Below the pieces are notes generated by a model that was given only the letters and a program-made list of their open reading frames with translations, was not told the DNA's origin and made no database searches. Below are positions 1 through 8,769 of a DNA stretch of 64,000 nucleotides, piece by piece. Positions within the stretch are counted from its first letter, which is position 1. Every line of letters starts with the position of its first letter. Source of the stretch: Clostridia bacterium (GTDB taxonomy: Bacteria; Bacillota; Clostridia; Oscillospirales; CAG-272); the NCBI GenBank assembly GCA_017937845.1, contig JAGBCV010000018.1, positions 23,503 through 87,502 of the forward strand, given 5' to 3'. The translations under genes were made by a program, and so were the position numbers.

Positions 1-1724
1 AGGAAGATGACCTCGCCGCCCTTGGCGCGGAATTTTTTGAGCGCGTCGAGCGTGGTCGAGCGAATGGTCTCCATCGCGGGAACGATGACGGTATCGTATT
101 GCATCTCACCGACGGCAAAGCCGTTTTCGGTTTCGTGATACTGAGAGGGCAGGAGAGATTCGCAAATGAAATCAAAGTCATGGAAGCCGAAGAGGAGCCA
201 TTTTGTCAGCTCGTCGAATTTTTTATTCATATCTGCGCGAACGCCTTTGGTTTGGTCGTTGGGACCGAAATGGAGCCAGAAGGATTCGACGGGATGCACG
301 ACGCCGATCTTGACGTTTGCCTTGCCTCTCGTCATAACGGTGTTGACGCGCGCAAAGTGGTCTTCGATGTGCTTATATTCGGTATACCAAGGGGATTGAT
401 AGCCGATGGACGCGGGATAGTCGCGCTTGGCTTCACCGCCCATGGATACCCAGAAAAGATGCGGTACGCGAACGGTCACACCGAGTGCCGCCTGCCAGTC
501 GCCCTGCAATTTATGTCCTCTAAAGTCAAAATTCCAGTTGGTAACGCCGTAAAGCTCGCTCATAACGCCGGGTCTGCCGTATTGATGTGCGGCACTTTGC
601 GCTTGCTTTGCCGTATTCAGCTCTCTGTGGTCGCAGAGCATATCGATGCCCGGAAGCTGGAAGCTACGGTAGGAGCGCATCGCATCGCCGACAGCACAGG
701 TCTGGCTTTCGAGGTTCGGTTCTTCCATCATGTGTCCTGTGAGCATGATGCCGTTTGCTTCGCACCATGCGCCGATGGTATCCGCAAATGCAGAAGCGAA
801 GCGCTCTGCGATATGGTCGTGATAATGATAACGGATGGGGGAGGGCTCACCGTTTGCGGGCTCCCAAACGAGAACGGGGAGATTTTCTTCGATGCTGACA
901 CCGTATGCCTCACGGAAGGTCTTATCGAAATCGGTGGTATAGGGAATGACGATACCATTTTTATCGGAAGCAAATTCCAAGGTCTTTTTGCGGCTGAACT
1001 GCGGTTCATCCGTGAAGATCGCAGGGATCAGCTTGCCAAATTCCTCACCGAAATTCTTTTTATAGGCTTCGTGCGTGATTTGAATGAAGTTTTCAATGAC
1101 GCTTTTTTGCAAGGTATCACAATACGCTTGATTGTTATATCGAGGGGTCGGAATGGTATATTCGAGATAAGCGAACCATTTCTCGTGACCCTCGGGGACT
1201 TCATCTGCAAGGGTGATCTTTTTGTGAGAAACGAGCTTGCATTCCTCGTTCAAAAGCACGTCGAAGCAGGCAACGAAGGTATATTTGGATTCGGGGAGGG
1301 TATCCTTTGCGTGTGCCTTGTCCGCCTCGGTGATGAGTGTGCCGTCGTTATAGGGAATGGATGTGATGAAAAGGGATTTCTGACGGGATTCGATATCCTT
1401 GGTGTTCAGACCGCCCGCATAACCGGAGGGCCATTTGTCCTCGTCATAGAGCCAAGTCAGCATTTCGTTTTCGCGTCCCTTTTCGAGGCATCTGCGAACG
1501 AGCGCCATAAATTCCTCGGTCAGATACGGGGTCGCAAAGCCGACACGCGGATGGATATGATAGCCGCCGAAGCCCATTTCCTTCATGTGATCGATCTCTT
1601 TTTCCAAAAGCTCGGGGTCAATCTCGCAGTTCCAAGCCCAAAAAGGGGTTGCGCGGTATTCCGCCGTTGGATTTTCAAAAAGGCTCATATCGAGCTTTTC
1701 TGTCTTGTTTTTTGGGTAAAGCAT
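1..1724 (-). CDS. glycoside hydrolase-like protein, truncated by the left window edge (first ~574 codons present)
   Basis: Absent from the ORF track because it has no stop in the window. My translation of the minus strand from the ATG at 1724 (GAGG RBS about 7 nt upstream) stays open to position 1: MLYPKNKTEKLDMSLFENPTAEYRATPFWAWNCEIDPELLEKEIDHMKEMGFGGYHIHPRVG... The FWAWN and GFGGxHIH motifs resemble TIM-barrel glycosidase-like families. The listed 99..1781 + ORF is its antisense shadow. Confidence 0.7.
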   Translation of the reverse strand, partial: MLYPKNKTEKLDMSLFENPTAEYRATPFWAWNCEIDPELLEKEIDHMKEMGFGGYHIHPRVGFATPYLTEEFMALVRRCLEKGRENEMLTWLYDEDKWPSGYAGGLNTKDIESRQKSLFITSIPYNDGTLITEADKAHAKDTLPESKYTFVACFDVLLNEECKLVSHKKITLADEVPEGHEKWFAYLEYTIPTPRYNNQAYCDTLQKSVIENFIQITHEAYKKNFGEEFGKLIPAIFTDEPQFSRKKTLEFASDKNGIVIPYTTDFDKTFREAYGVSIEENLPVLVWEPANGEPSPIRYHYHDHIAERFASAFADTIGAWCEANGIMLTGHMMEEPNLESQTCAVGDAMRSYRSFQLPGIDMLCDHRELNTAKQAQSAAHQYGRPGVMSELYGVTNWNFDFRGHKLQGDWQAALGVTVRVPHLFWVSMGGEAKRDYPASIGYQSPWYTEYKHIEDHFARVNTVMTRGKANVKIGVVHPVESFWLHFGPNDQTKGVRADMNKKFDELTKWLLFGFHDFDFICESLLPSQYHETENGFAVGEMQYDTVIVPAMETIRSTTLDALKKFRAKGGEVIF

Positions 1725-1821
1725 AATCAAACCTCACTTTTTCAAAGTGTAATTTTGTTTTTGATAGCCTTATTATACTGAAATATGGACGGAAAGTCAA
1801 CAAAAATCGATATCTTTATGC

Positions 1822-1850
1822 TTGTTTTGTTCATAAATATATGGTATAAT
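1822..1850 (+). promoter_or_regulatory. sigma-A type promoter for the thioesterase gene
   Basis: TTGTTT (1822-1827), 17-nt spacer, TATAAT (1845-1850) with an upstream TGg extended -10. Confidence 0.5.
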
Positions 1851-1882
1851 CATAAGAAAAAACGAGCGAAAGGAAAAAATTT

Positions 1883-2608
1883 ATGATATATGCAGAAATG
1901 ATGAAGCCGACGCTGGAGGATTTCGGCAGAAACGGCAGACTCGAGGAGCAAGCGATTCTCAGAATGCTTGAAAATATCAGCTGTTATCATTCCGATTCCT
2001 TGGGACTTGGCGCGGCGGATATGGAGCAGACGCATCTTGCTTGGATACTTTTGGAATGGAAGGTGCGTATTCTCAAAAATATGACCTATGGCAAGCATTA
2101 CCGCTTGACAACGTGGAGCCGAGGTATGGCATCGTTTTGCACGACGCTCCGCGATTTTGAAATTTATGACGAGGCGGGCGAGCTTTGTGTCGCGGCTTCT
2201 TCGAAATGGACGCCTGTGGATTCCGTATCCAAAAAGCTCATTCGCATCACGGACGAGCTTCTTGACGTTTACGGCACAGAGGAAAAAGCCGTTTTTGAGG
2301 GCGATGGACTCATTCGTCTGAAAGAGCCGAAGGTCTATGAATGGGAAACGCCTTACCGTGTTCGCAGAAGCGAGATCGACCTCAACGGACACGTCCACAA
2401 TCTTTGTTATTTGGATTTTGCCTTGGAGGCGCTCCCCGAAGAGATCTACCACGCGAGAGATTTTCATGATATCCGCATCACCTATCGCAAGGAGATCAGC
2501 GCGGGCGAAAAGGATATCGTTTTGAAATGCCACGCAGAAAACGGCGTTTATACCGTCGGTATTTACGGCGCGGATGGCATTTTGCGCGCGCTGGTGGAAC
2601 TGAAATAA
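1883..2608 (+). CDS. acyl-ACP thioesterase
   Basis: 241 aa with a double hotdog layout. The RVRRSEIDLNGHVHNLCYLDFALEALPEE segment is typical of the acyl-ACP thioesterase (FatA/B-like) family. Confidence 0.75.
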   Translation: MIYAEMMKPTLEDFGRNGRLEEQAILRMLENISCYHSDSLGLGAADMEQTHLAWILLEWKVRILKNMTYGKHYRLTTWSRGMASFCTTLRDFEIYDEAGELCVAASSKWTPVDSVSKKLIRITDELLDVYGTEEKAVFEGDGLIRLKEPKVYEWETPYRVRRSEIDLNGHVHNLCYLDFALEALPEEIYHARDFHDIRITYRKEISAGEKDIVLKCHAENGVYTVGIYGADGILRALVELK

Positions 2609-2619
2609 GGAGGATTGCT

Positions 2620-3117
2620 ATGTCAACTTGGAGCGGTATCAGACATAAGCTTGAAAACGAATATCTTGCGGAAGCCTTACGAGGACATATTCAGTATTAT
2701 TGCACTTCTTATAGCAAAAGCCCTGACCATCATGGCAGAGCTTCTATACGCTTAGATGGTAAAGAATTGATCAGCGGTTGTTATTGGAACAACTGGAGCA
2801 AAGCACATTTGTTTCCGCGCGATGAAACATACGAAAAGCGCATGAGTGAAAATTATGCTTACATGGATGATACAGCACTAAAATTAGGTATATTCAGCGA
2901 ACATGCTTTTTATCGGGCTTTTGAAGAATTTGACAATCAAAGCATCGAGGATAGCTTGAATAGTGAAAACATGATCGTTCGCATTTTTGCTGTACTTGAC
3001 CGAAGAGTCGGGAAAAGACGATTGATAAATATGCATAGTACGTTAAATCCTAAAGAGGAGATTTTTAATTTGTTTTTTTCGATTCGCATAAACGCAGAAG
3101 GTATTGTATTTCAATAA
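2620..3117 (+). CDS. conserved hypothetical protein (resembles the small SF0329-like family); lower GC than its neighbours
   Basis: The ATG at 2620 is preceded by AGGAGG. The track's 2527 start overlaps the thioesterase and lacks an RBS. Sequence begins MSTWSGIRHKLENEYLAEALRGHIQYYCTSYSKSPDHHGRASIRLDGKE... The family name is from memory only. Confidence 0.6.
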   Translation: MSTWSGIRHKLENEYLAEALRGHIQYYCTSYSKSPDHHGRASIRLDGKELISGCYWNNWSKAHLFPRDETYEKRMSENYAYMDDTALKLGIFSEHAFYRAFEEFDNQSIEDSLNSENMIVRIFAVLDRRVGKRRLINMHSTLNPKEEIFNLFFSIRINAEGIVFQ

Positions 3118-3124
3118 TAGCTAA

Positions 3125-3153
3125 CCCCGACAGATTTTCTCTGTCGGGGTTTT
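3125..3153 (+). terminator. intrinsic terminator
   Basis: CCCCGACAG / CTGTCGGGG 9-bp stem with a 7-nt loop, followed by TTTT. Confidence 0.8.
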
Positions 3154-3194
3154 AACATTATACGAAACAGCCCTTTGGGTTATCCTTTTCCATT

Positions 3195-4058
3195 TCAAAA
3201 CACGATCCCCAAAAGGTCAAATCCGATGCCGATCAGTACGCCGACCGCATAGATGACGGCAGTAACGAGCAGATTTTCTTTGACGTTTTTATTGACGCGG
3301 AAAAGCACGAGAAGTCCAACGCCCGAGCCTGAAAGAAGTCCTGCCAAAACAGAACCCGTTCCGATGACACCGTCCAAAAAAAGCTCGGTCAAAACCACGG
3401 ACGACGCACAGTTTGGAATAAGCCCCACAAGTCCGCAAACAAGCGTGCTGAAGATTCCTGCTTTTGCGGCAAACTCCGCGAGGGTATCTTCTCCGACGAT
3501 CTCCACGATACCGCCGACAAGCAATGAAAACAGGAAGATAAATCCTGCGATCTGCAAGGTATGCACGAGCGCGGAACGGAAAATACCATTTTCACAGCCG
3601 CAATGCTCGTTTGTGCAGATATCGGCGTTATGCGCCTTGCGGGGAGAGCGCTTCGCCAAACGAAAGATAAGGTCAATGAGAAAGCCGATAAGCATACCCG
3701 AAACGACCTTGACCGCAAGCAGCGAAAGGATACGGGTAAACGCTACCTTTTCGGAAAGCATGACGGGGAGCATTTCATCCGACGTGGAAAGAAAGACGGC
3801 GATGAGCGTACCGACCGAGATGATACCGCCCGCATAGAGATTGGATGCGGAGGCGGAAAATCCGCATTGCGGAACGGCGCCGAGAAGTCCGCCTGCAAAA
3901 GGACCGAAAACGCCCGCTCTTGCGGTGATATCCGCGGTCTTTTGCGCGGCTTTGTGTTCCAAAAATTCCATCAGCAAATAGGTTAAAAAGAGAAACGGAA
4001 GAAGCTTTGCTGTTTCTTCCAAGGAATGAAGTAAAACGTGAGTAATGATTTCAAGCAT
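3195..4058 (-). CDS. polytopic membrane protein, putative metal (Mn/As) transporter of the ArsP_2 type
   Basis: 287 aa with about 10 TM segments. GAVPQCGFSASASNLYAGG and TSDEMLP motifs resemble the 10-TM putative heavy-metal exporter family. Confidence 0.6.
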   Translation of the reverse strand: MLEIITHVLLHSLEETAKLLPFLFLTYLLMEFLEHKAAQKTADITARAGVFGPFAGGLLGAVPQCGFSASASNLYAGGIISVGTLIAVFLSTSDEMLPVMLSEKVAFTRILSLLAVKVVSGMLIGFLIDLIFRLAKRSPRKAHNADICTNEHCGCENGIFRSALVHTLQIAGFIFLFSLLVGGIVEIVGEDTLAEFAAKAGIFSTLVCGLVGLIPNCASSVVLTELFLDGVIGTGSVLAGLLSGSGVGLLVLFRVNKNVKENLLVTAVIYAVGVLIGIGFDLLGIVF

Positions 4059-4102
4059 ATGTAATTTGATATCCTGCCTTTGATACGAAAATGATATTCA
4101 TC

Positions 4103-4131
4103 ATTGTAACTATTTTTAGAAAGTTTGTCAA
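4103..4131 (-). promoter_or_regulatory. sigma-A promoter for the 3195..4058 gene
   Basis: On the minus strand: TTGACA (4131-4126), 17 nt, TACAAT (4108-4103). Confidence 0.65.
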
Positions 4132-4237
4132 TGCTAACTTGAAAAATTTTGAAAAAATTTTCGTTTGCTTGAACCTTTTTTGAAAAATCGTGTTAAGATG
4201 AATGTAGCTACAAAATACGAAAGAAAGGAATGGTCAA

Positions 4238-5488
4238 GTGAAACAGGATTTTGAAACCGTTGTCAGAGAAGAAATGGCATGGCTTTCCGCATACGTGCGC
4301 CGAAAGCTCAGCCATGGCGCTTGGGAAGACTTGGTGCAGGAAATCTTCATCAAAGCCTTTCGCGCCTATGATGATTATGAAGAAACGGGAAAACGTCGCG
4401 GCTGGCTTGCGCGTATCGCGGATAATACGATGAAGAATTATTTCACGCGCCAAGCGCCGATGCCAACGCTTTCGCTCGACCTGCCCGATGAAGACGGTGA
4501 TACGCTTTTTTATCTTGCCAAGGATATGGAAACTCCTGAGGAGCGTATGCTGGAGCAGGAGCAGATCCGACAGATCTTGCAGATCGTATCCCGCTTATCG
4601 AAAACACAGCGTACGGTGTTTTCTCTGCGGTATATGGACGGTTATTCCGTTTCCGATATTTCCAAAAGGCTTGGCATTCCCGAAGGAACGGTGAAAAGCC
4701 AAAGCTATTATGCCATTCGCAATATACGAAAAGAGCTCGGTATTTCCGAGCAGATAAGGAGAGATATGATGACTTGCAAAGAATATTATGACGTAATGCT
4801 CATTCATGCGCTCAGACTTTTGACGGGCGAAAAGAAAAAGACGGCAGAGGAGCATTTGAAGACCTGTAAAGCCTGCGCCGATATGGTGACGGCGCTGAAA
4901 AATCTCATTCCCAAGATGCAATTTGGAGAGGATACGACCTTTTCTCATTTTGCCATTCTGTTTCCGAACGAGCATCTTTGGCTGACGGGCTGTCGTTCCT
5001 ATTTCCCGGATTACGAAAAGATCAAACGCTATATGGACGAGCACGACGGCGCTTTGCCGAGAGGCACGATCAATTCGGGCAGCGACGATTGCTTCGAGCT
5101 TTATAACATCTATGATGAAAAAGGAAATGCGCTGGATTGTGAGGTGTATCGAACCAAAGGACATATCGATCGCGTGCCCAAGACCTTGCCGTATTTCGCC
5201 AAAAATCTTTGGATATACGAAACGTTTTATATGGATTGGCATGGCTTCGATTATAAGGAATCCAAGGAAGCCCCCGGGCTTTTCTATGGCTCGATGACGA
5301 ATAATCTCGGTGTCGATGCGAAATCCATGCTGTTCCACGCCGTGCCGAAGGAGGCGGAAAATATCCGCATCAAGCGCGGAAACGGTGTTCATGATTGCAG
5401 TACTTACAAATTCGCTTACGTTGACCGCTATGTTGCCGACGACGATAGGATCAGACTGGATTATTCGTTCCAGATTCGTGAAACATAA
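4238..5488 (+). CDS. ECF sigma-70 factor fused in frame to a zf-HC2 anti-sigma domain and an unknown ~200-aa C-terminal domain
   Basis: Region 2 (WEDLVQEIFIKAFRAY...RGWLARIADN) and region 4 (LSKTQRTVFSLRYMDGYSVSDISKRLGIPEGTVKSQ) are followed by MMTCKEYYD...HLKTCKACADMV (HxxxCxxC). No TM segment. GTG start. Confidence 0.8.
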   Translation: MKQDFETVVREEMAWLSAYVRRKLSHGAWEDLVQEIFIKAFRAYDDYEETGKRRGWLARIADNTMKNYFTRQAPMPTLSLDLPDEDGDTLFYLAKDMETPEERMLEQEQIRQILQIVSRLSKTQRTVFSLRYMDGYSVSDISKRLGIPEGTVKSQSYYAIRNIRKELGISEQIRRDMMTCKEYYDVMLIHALRLLTGEKKKTAEEHLKTCKACADMVTALKNLIPKMQFGEDTTFSHFAILFPNEHLWLTGCRSYFPDYEKIKRYMDEHDGALPRGTINSGSDDCFELYNIYDEKGNALDCEVYRTKGHIDRVPKTLPYFAKNLWIYETFYMDWHGFDYKESKEAPGLFYGSMTNNLGVDAKSMLFHAVPKEAENIRIKRGNGVHDCSTYKFAYVDRYVADDDRIRLDYSFQIRET

Positions 5489-5550
5489 AGCGTCAGATGA
5501 GGAGTTGCTTAACGTGAGTTTGATGTGCTTATAAAAAATCAAAATATCAT

Positions 5551-5627
5551 GTAGGGCGGCTTGCCAATGGGCCGCCGAAGGATAAGAAACCAAACATTTT
5601 CGGCGGGATGTGGGCATCCCGCCCTAC
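5551..5627. repeat. GC-rich palindromic intergenic element
   Basis: Outer stem GTAGGGCGG (5551-5559) / CCGCCCTAC (5619-5627). Inner stems CCGCCGAA/TTCGGCGG and GATG/CATC. Confidence 0.5.
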
Positions 5628-5673
5628 TTTCGTCGAACTCACATTGCTTAGATTTTGACGCTTTATTCGTTAG

Positions 5674-5699
5674 CCTTCCCCCTCGGGGGAAGGTTTTTT
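5674..5699 (+). terminator. intrinsic terminator downstream of the sigma gene
   Basis: CCTTCCCC ctcg GGGGAAGG followed by TTTTTT. A second hairpin (GCCCCG..CGGGGC at 5712-5727) faces the convergent minus-strand gene. Confidence 0.75.
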
Positions 5700-5739
5700 G
5701 GAGAAAAGCGAAGCCCCGCACGGGGCGGGGCAGTCTCAC

Positions 5740-6846
5740 TTATTTTGCATACGGATTCAATTTGTCGATGATGGCAATGAAACGAGGCTCCTTACGAATG
5801 CGATCATATCGAGGATGTTGCATTTTTTTCAGAATATGATAACATTCTGTATGTTCTGTAAGCTCGTGAAAATCTTTGTTCGGTTCAGGATAGATCAACT
5901 TATCGGTGAAAATGGATGTGTAAAATTTACCGTGGTCATGGATATACGCTTTATCATATTCAACTGCATGATAACACATCTTTTCAAGTGATTCAAATGC
6001 GTCATCCTTTTTGCCCTGCGATATCTGATACGTAGAAATCAACCAATGATTTCGGGAAAGTCTGACGTGATAAAACATAAGGTTATCTCCGTATATCATC
6101 TGATACAGTTGATTCGAGATGGTGAGCATCTCGATTTTTTTATCCCAAGTAGATGGATCGTCGGGCAAATCTTCATGCAGCACAAGATGATGAATGGACA
6201 ACCCCAAATCATCGGTGAGCTTATCGATCTCGTCTTGAATATAAAATTCTGTATTTCCATCGCCGATTCCGCAAGCGAGAGCAGTTTCGCGGCAATATTT
6301 TATCGGCGCGAGCAATTCTAAGGTGCTTTTTGCTTTTTTTGGTTCTCCCAATTCGGTATAGATACTACTTAAAGTGAGAATTGCTTCATAACGTATATCT
6401 TCGTCACGGCAGTCGTCAATTACCGATAAGCAGAGGGTTTCAGATTCGTGAATCCGTGATTTTTCATGTGTATTACGCCATTCATCCAACAAACAGGCGG
6501 CAAGATCAACTTTGATCTTGGCATCGCCGGGAAATTGAATAAACGCATCGCGCACCAAAGAGAGCTTTTCTTGATTCGTTCCGACTTCTGCCAATCGGCG
6601 CAATTCTTTTTTGATATTTGCAAGCTCTTCTTCTCGTTCTGAGAGCTTATATCCAAGAAGCTCGTCTGTGCTGACCGAGAAAAAGTCTGCTAATGCCGGA
6701 AGCAGCTCGATGTCGGGATAGCCACCTTCGGATTCCCAACGAGAGATCGCCTGTGGCGTAACACCGATGGCTGTGGCGAGGGTGTCTTGCGTCATATTAT
6801 GTTCTGCGCGAAGCTTTTTGATGATCGCGCCTATTTTAATGTTCAT
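5740..6846 (-). CDS. XRE-family HTH transcriptional regulator with a helical TPR-like C-terminal domain
   Basis: The N-terminus IIKKLRAEHNMTQDTLATAIGVTPQAISRWESEGGYPDIELLPALADFFSVSTDELLG is a classic HTH_3 domain. The remaining ~300 aa are helical-repeat-like. Lower GC than the surroundings. Confidence 0.85.
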   Translation of the reverse strand: MNIKIGAIIKKLRAEHNMTQDTLATAIGVTPQAISRWESEGGYPDIELLPALADFFSVSTDELLGYKLSEREEELANIKKELRRLAEVGTNQEKLSLVRDAFIQFPGDAKIKVDLAACLLDEWRNTHEKSRIHESETLCLSVIDDCRDEDIRYEAILTLSSIYTELGEPKKAKSTLELLAPIKYCRETALACGIGDGNTEFYIQDEIDKLTDDLGLSIHHLVLHEDLPDDPSTWDKKIEMLTISNQLYQMIYGDNLMFYHVRLSRNHWLISTYQISQGKKDDAFESLEKMCYHAVEYDKAYIHDHGKFYTSIFTDKLIYPEPNKDFHELTEHTECYHILKKMQHPRYDRIRKEPRFIAIIDKLNPYAK

Positions 6847-6929
6847 ATCGTACCTCCAAAATAAATTTTGTAAGCTTACGATTATAGTATAGCATATCTT
6901 TTCGGGATTTCAATGATCAATTCATTGTT

Positions 6930-6982
6930 AAAAAGATAAAGCAGTACTTTACTTTTTGACATGAGTAAAATACTGCTTTATC
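6930..6982 (-). terminator. intrinsic terminator of the ABC exporter operon
   Basis: 18-bp stem with one mismatch (6935-6952 / 6965-6982), followed on the minus strand by a T-run (plus-strand A-run at 6930-6934). Confidence 0.7.
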
Positions 6983-7020
6983 GCAGGTATCCCAAAGGGA
7001 GTTATATATGCTGAGCGATA

Positions 7021-8769
7021 TCAACCCTTAAACTGGCTGTGATACAGCTCAAAGTAAAAGCCACCCTTTTTGAGAAGCTCCTTATGCGTGCCGCTTTCGA
7101 TGATCTGACCGTCCTTCATGACGAGAATGGTGTCTGCTTCGCGAATGGTGGAAAGACGGTGAGCAACGATGAAGCTCGTTCTGCCTTTCATCATGGTTGC
7201 GAATGCGTGCTGGATCTTCATTTCCGTACGGGTATCGATAGAGGAGGTCGCTTCGTCGAGAATGAGCATCGGCGGGAGCGCCAGCATGACGCGCGTGATG
7301 CAGAGAAGCTGCTTTTGACCTTGAGAAAGTCCGCTGTCCTCGCCGATCTTCGTGTCGTAGCCGTTCGGCAAACGCTTGATGAAGCTATGTGCGTGAGAAG
7401 CCTTTGCCGCCGCGATGATCTCTTCGTCTGTCGCGTCGGGCTTACCCATGATGATATTTTCGCGCACCGTTGCGGTCTTGATCCACGTTTCCTGCAAGAC
7501 CATGCCGAAGCTTTTGCGTAGGCTGTTTCTCGTGATATCGCGGATATTGGTGCCGTCAACGTCGATTTCACCGTCGTTTACGTCATAGAAGCGCATGAGA
7601 AGACCGATAAAGGTCGTCTTACCGCAGCCTGTCGGACCGACGATGGCGATGCGTTTTCCGCTTTCCACAGAGAGCGAAAAATCACGGATGAGCGGCTTTT
7701 CGGGGTCATAGGAGAACGCGATATCCTTGATCTCGATATTGCCCTTTGCCTCGTCCAAAACAAGCGCGTTTTCCTTGTCGGGTGTCTGCGGTTTTGCTTC
7801 GATAAGCTCGAAAAGACGGATCGCGCAGGCGAGCGAGTTTTGGAACTCGGTCGCAACGCCCGAAATCTCATTGAAAGGCTTGGTATATTGGTTGGCGTAG
7901 CTGAGGAAGATCGAAAGACTGCCGACGGTGAACGCCGTGGGATTGGCAATGACGGAGAGCGCGCCGATGAGAGCTACGCCTGCGTAAACGATGCTGTTGA
8001 CGACACGGGTCGTCGGATTGACAAGGGAAGAGAAGAATACCGCGCGGAGCGAGCATTTTTCCATTTGACGGTTCATATCCTCGAAGCTTTGCATGGCTTC
8101 TTTTTCATGACCGTAAGCGCGAACGACCTTTTCACTACCGATGATCTCGTTGATATAGCCCGTCTGCGTACCGCGAATCTCCGCCTGCGCCTTGAAGAGC
8201 GAATGGGTACGGCTTGCGATAAAGCTTGCCGCAAACAGGGAAAGCGGCGTTGCAAGGACGACGAAAAGCGCGATCTTCCAGTTGATGACAAACATAAAGC
8301 CGAGTGTGCCGAGAATGGTGAGGACGCCTGTGAAAAGCTGAGAGAAGCCCATGAGAAGTCCGTCGGAGAACTGGTCAGCGTCGGTGATGATACGGCTGAC
8401 GATATCGCCGTGGGCATGGGTATCGCTATACGAAACGGGGAGCGATTGAAGCTTTCTGAACGCATCGTTGCGGATATCCTGCACGACACCGTAGGTGATC
8501 TTGTTATTGATGATGCCCTGCATCCACTGCGCGAGCGCCGCGATGATAGAAGCGATGGCGATGCGAATGAGCATGGGAGTGATCTTATCAAACGCGACCT
8601 TACCGGGCTCAATGATATAGTCTATGGCGTCACCGATGACGATGGGGACGTAAAGCGTCAGGATCACGGAGATCGCCGCGCAGAGAAGCGAAAGGAGAAG
8701 GAGTGCCTTATGGTGGCGAACGTAAGACAAGACCTTTTTGAGAGAGGAAAGCGTTTTCTTGTTTTTCAT
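7021..8769 (-). CDS. ABC exporter, fused permease/ATPase subunit (MdlB/MsbA-type half transporter)
   Basis: 582 aa with 6 N-terminal TM helices, Walker A GPTGCGKTT, signature LSQGQKQ and Walker B ILILDEATS. Confidence 0.9.
   Translation of the reverse strand: MKNKKTLSSLKKVLSYVRHHKALLLLSLLCAAISVILTLYVPIVIGDAIDYIIEPGKVAFDKITPMLIRIAIASIIAALAQWMQGIINNKITYGVVQDIRNDAFRKLQSLPVSYSDTHAHGDIVSRIITDADQFSDGLLMGFSQLFTGVLTILGTLGFMFVINWKIALFVVLATPLSLFAASFIASRTHSLFKAQAEIRGTQTGYINEIIGSEKVVRAYGHEKEAMQSFEDMNRQMEKCSLRAVFFSSLVNPTTRVVNSIVYAGVALIGALSVIANPTAFTVGSLSIFLSYANQYTKPFNEISGVATEFQNSLACAIRLFELIEAKPQTPDKENALVLDEAKGNIEIKDIAFSYDPEKPLIRDFSLSVESGKRIAIVGPTGCGKTTFIGLLMRFYDVNDGEIDVDGTNIRDITRNSLRKSFGMVLQETWIKTATVRENIIMGKPDATDEEIIAAAKASHAHSFIKRLPNGYDTKIGEDSGLSQGQKQLLCITRVMLALPPMLILDEATSSIDTRTEMKIQHAFATMMKGRTSFIVAHRLSTIREADTILVMKDGQIIESGTHKELLKKGGFYFELYHSQFKG

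Noticed and set aside
99-1781. 560-aa plus-strand ORF at the left edge
   Set aside because: Its composition is odd and it has no recognisable motifs. The opposite strand translates into a clean glycosidase-like protein (FWAWN..., GFGGYHIH...) that is open from 1724 to the window edge, so this ORF is its antisense shadow.
5539-5739. 66-aa ORF immediately downstream of the XRE-TPR regulator, considered as a possible signalling pro-peptide
   Set aside because: It lies entirely within the GC-rich palindromic repeat and the terminators. It has no RBS and no signal-like N-terminus.
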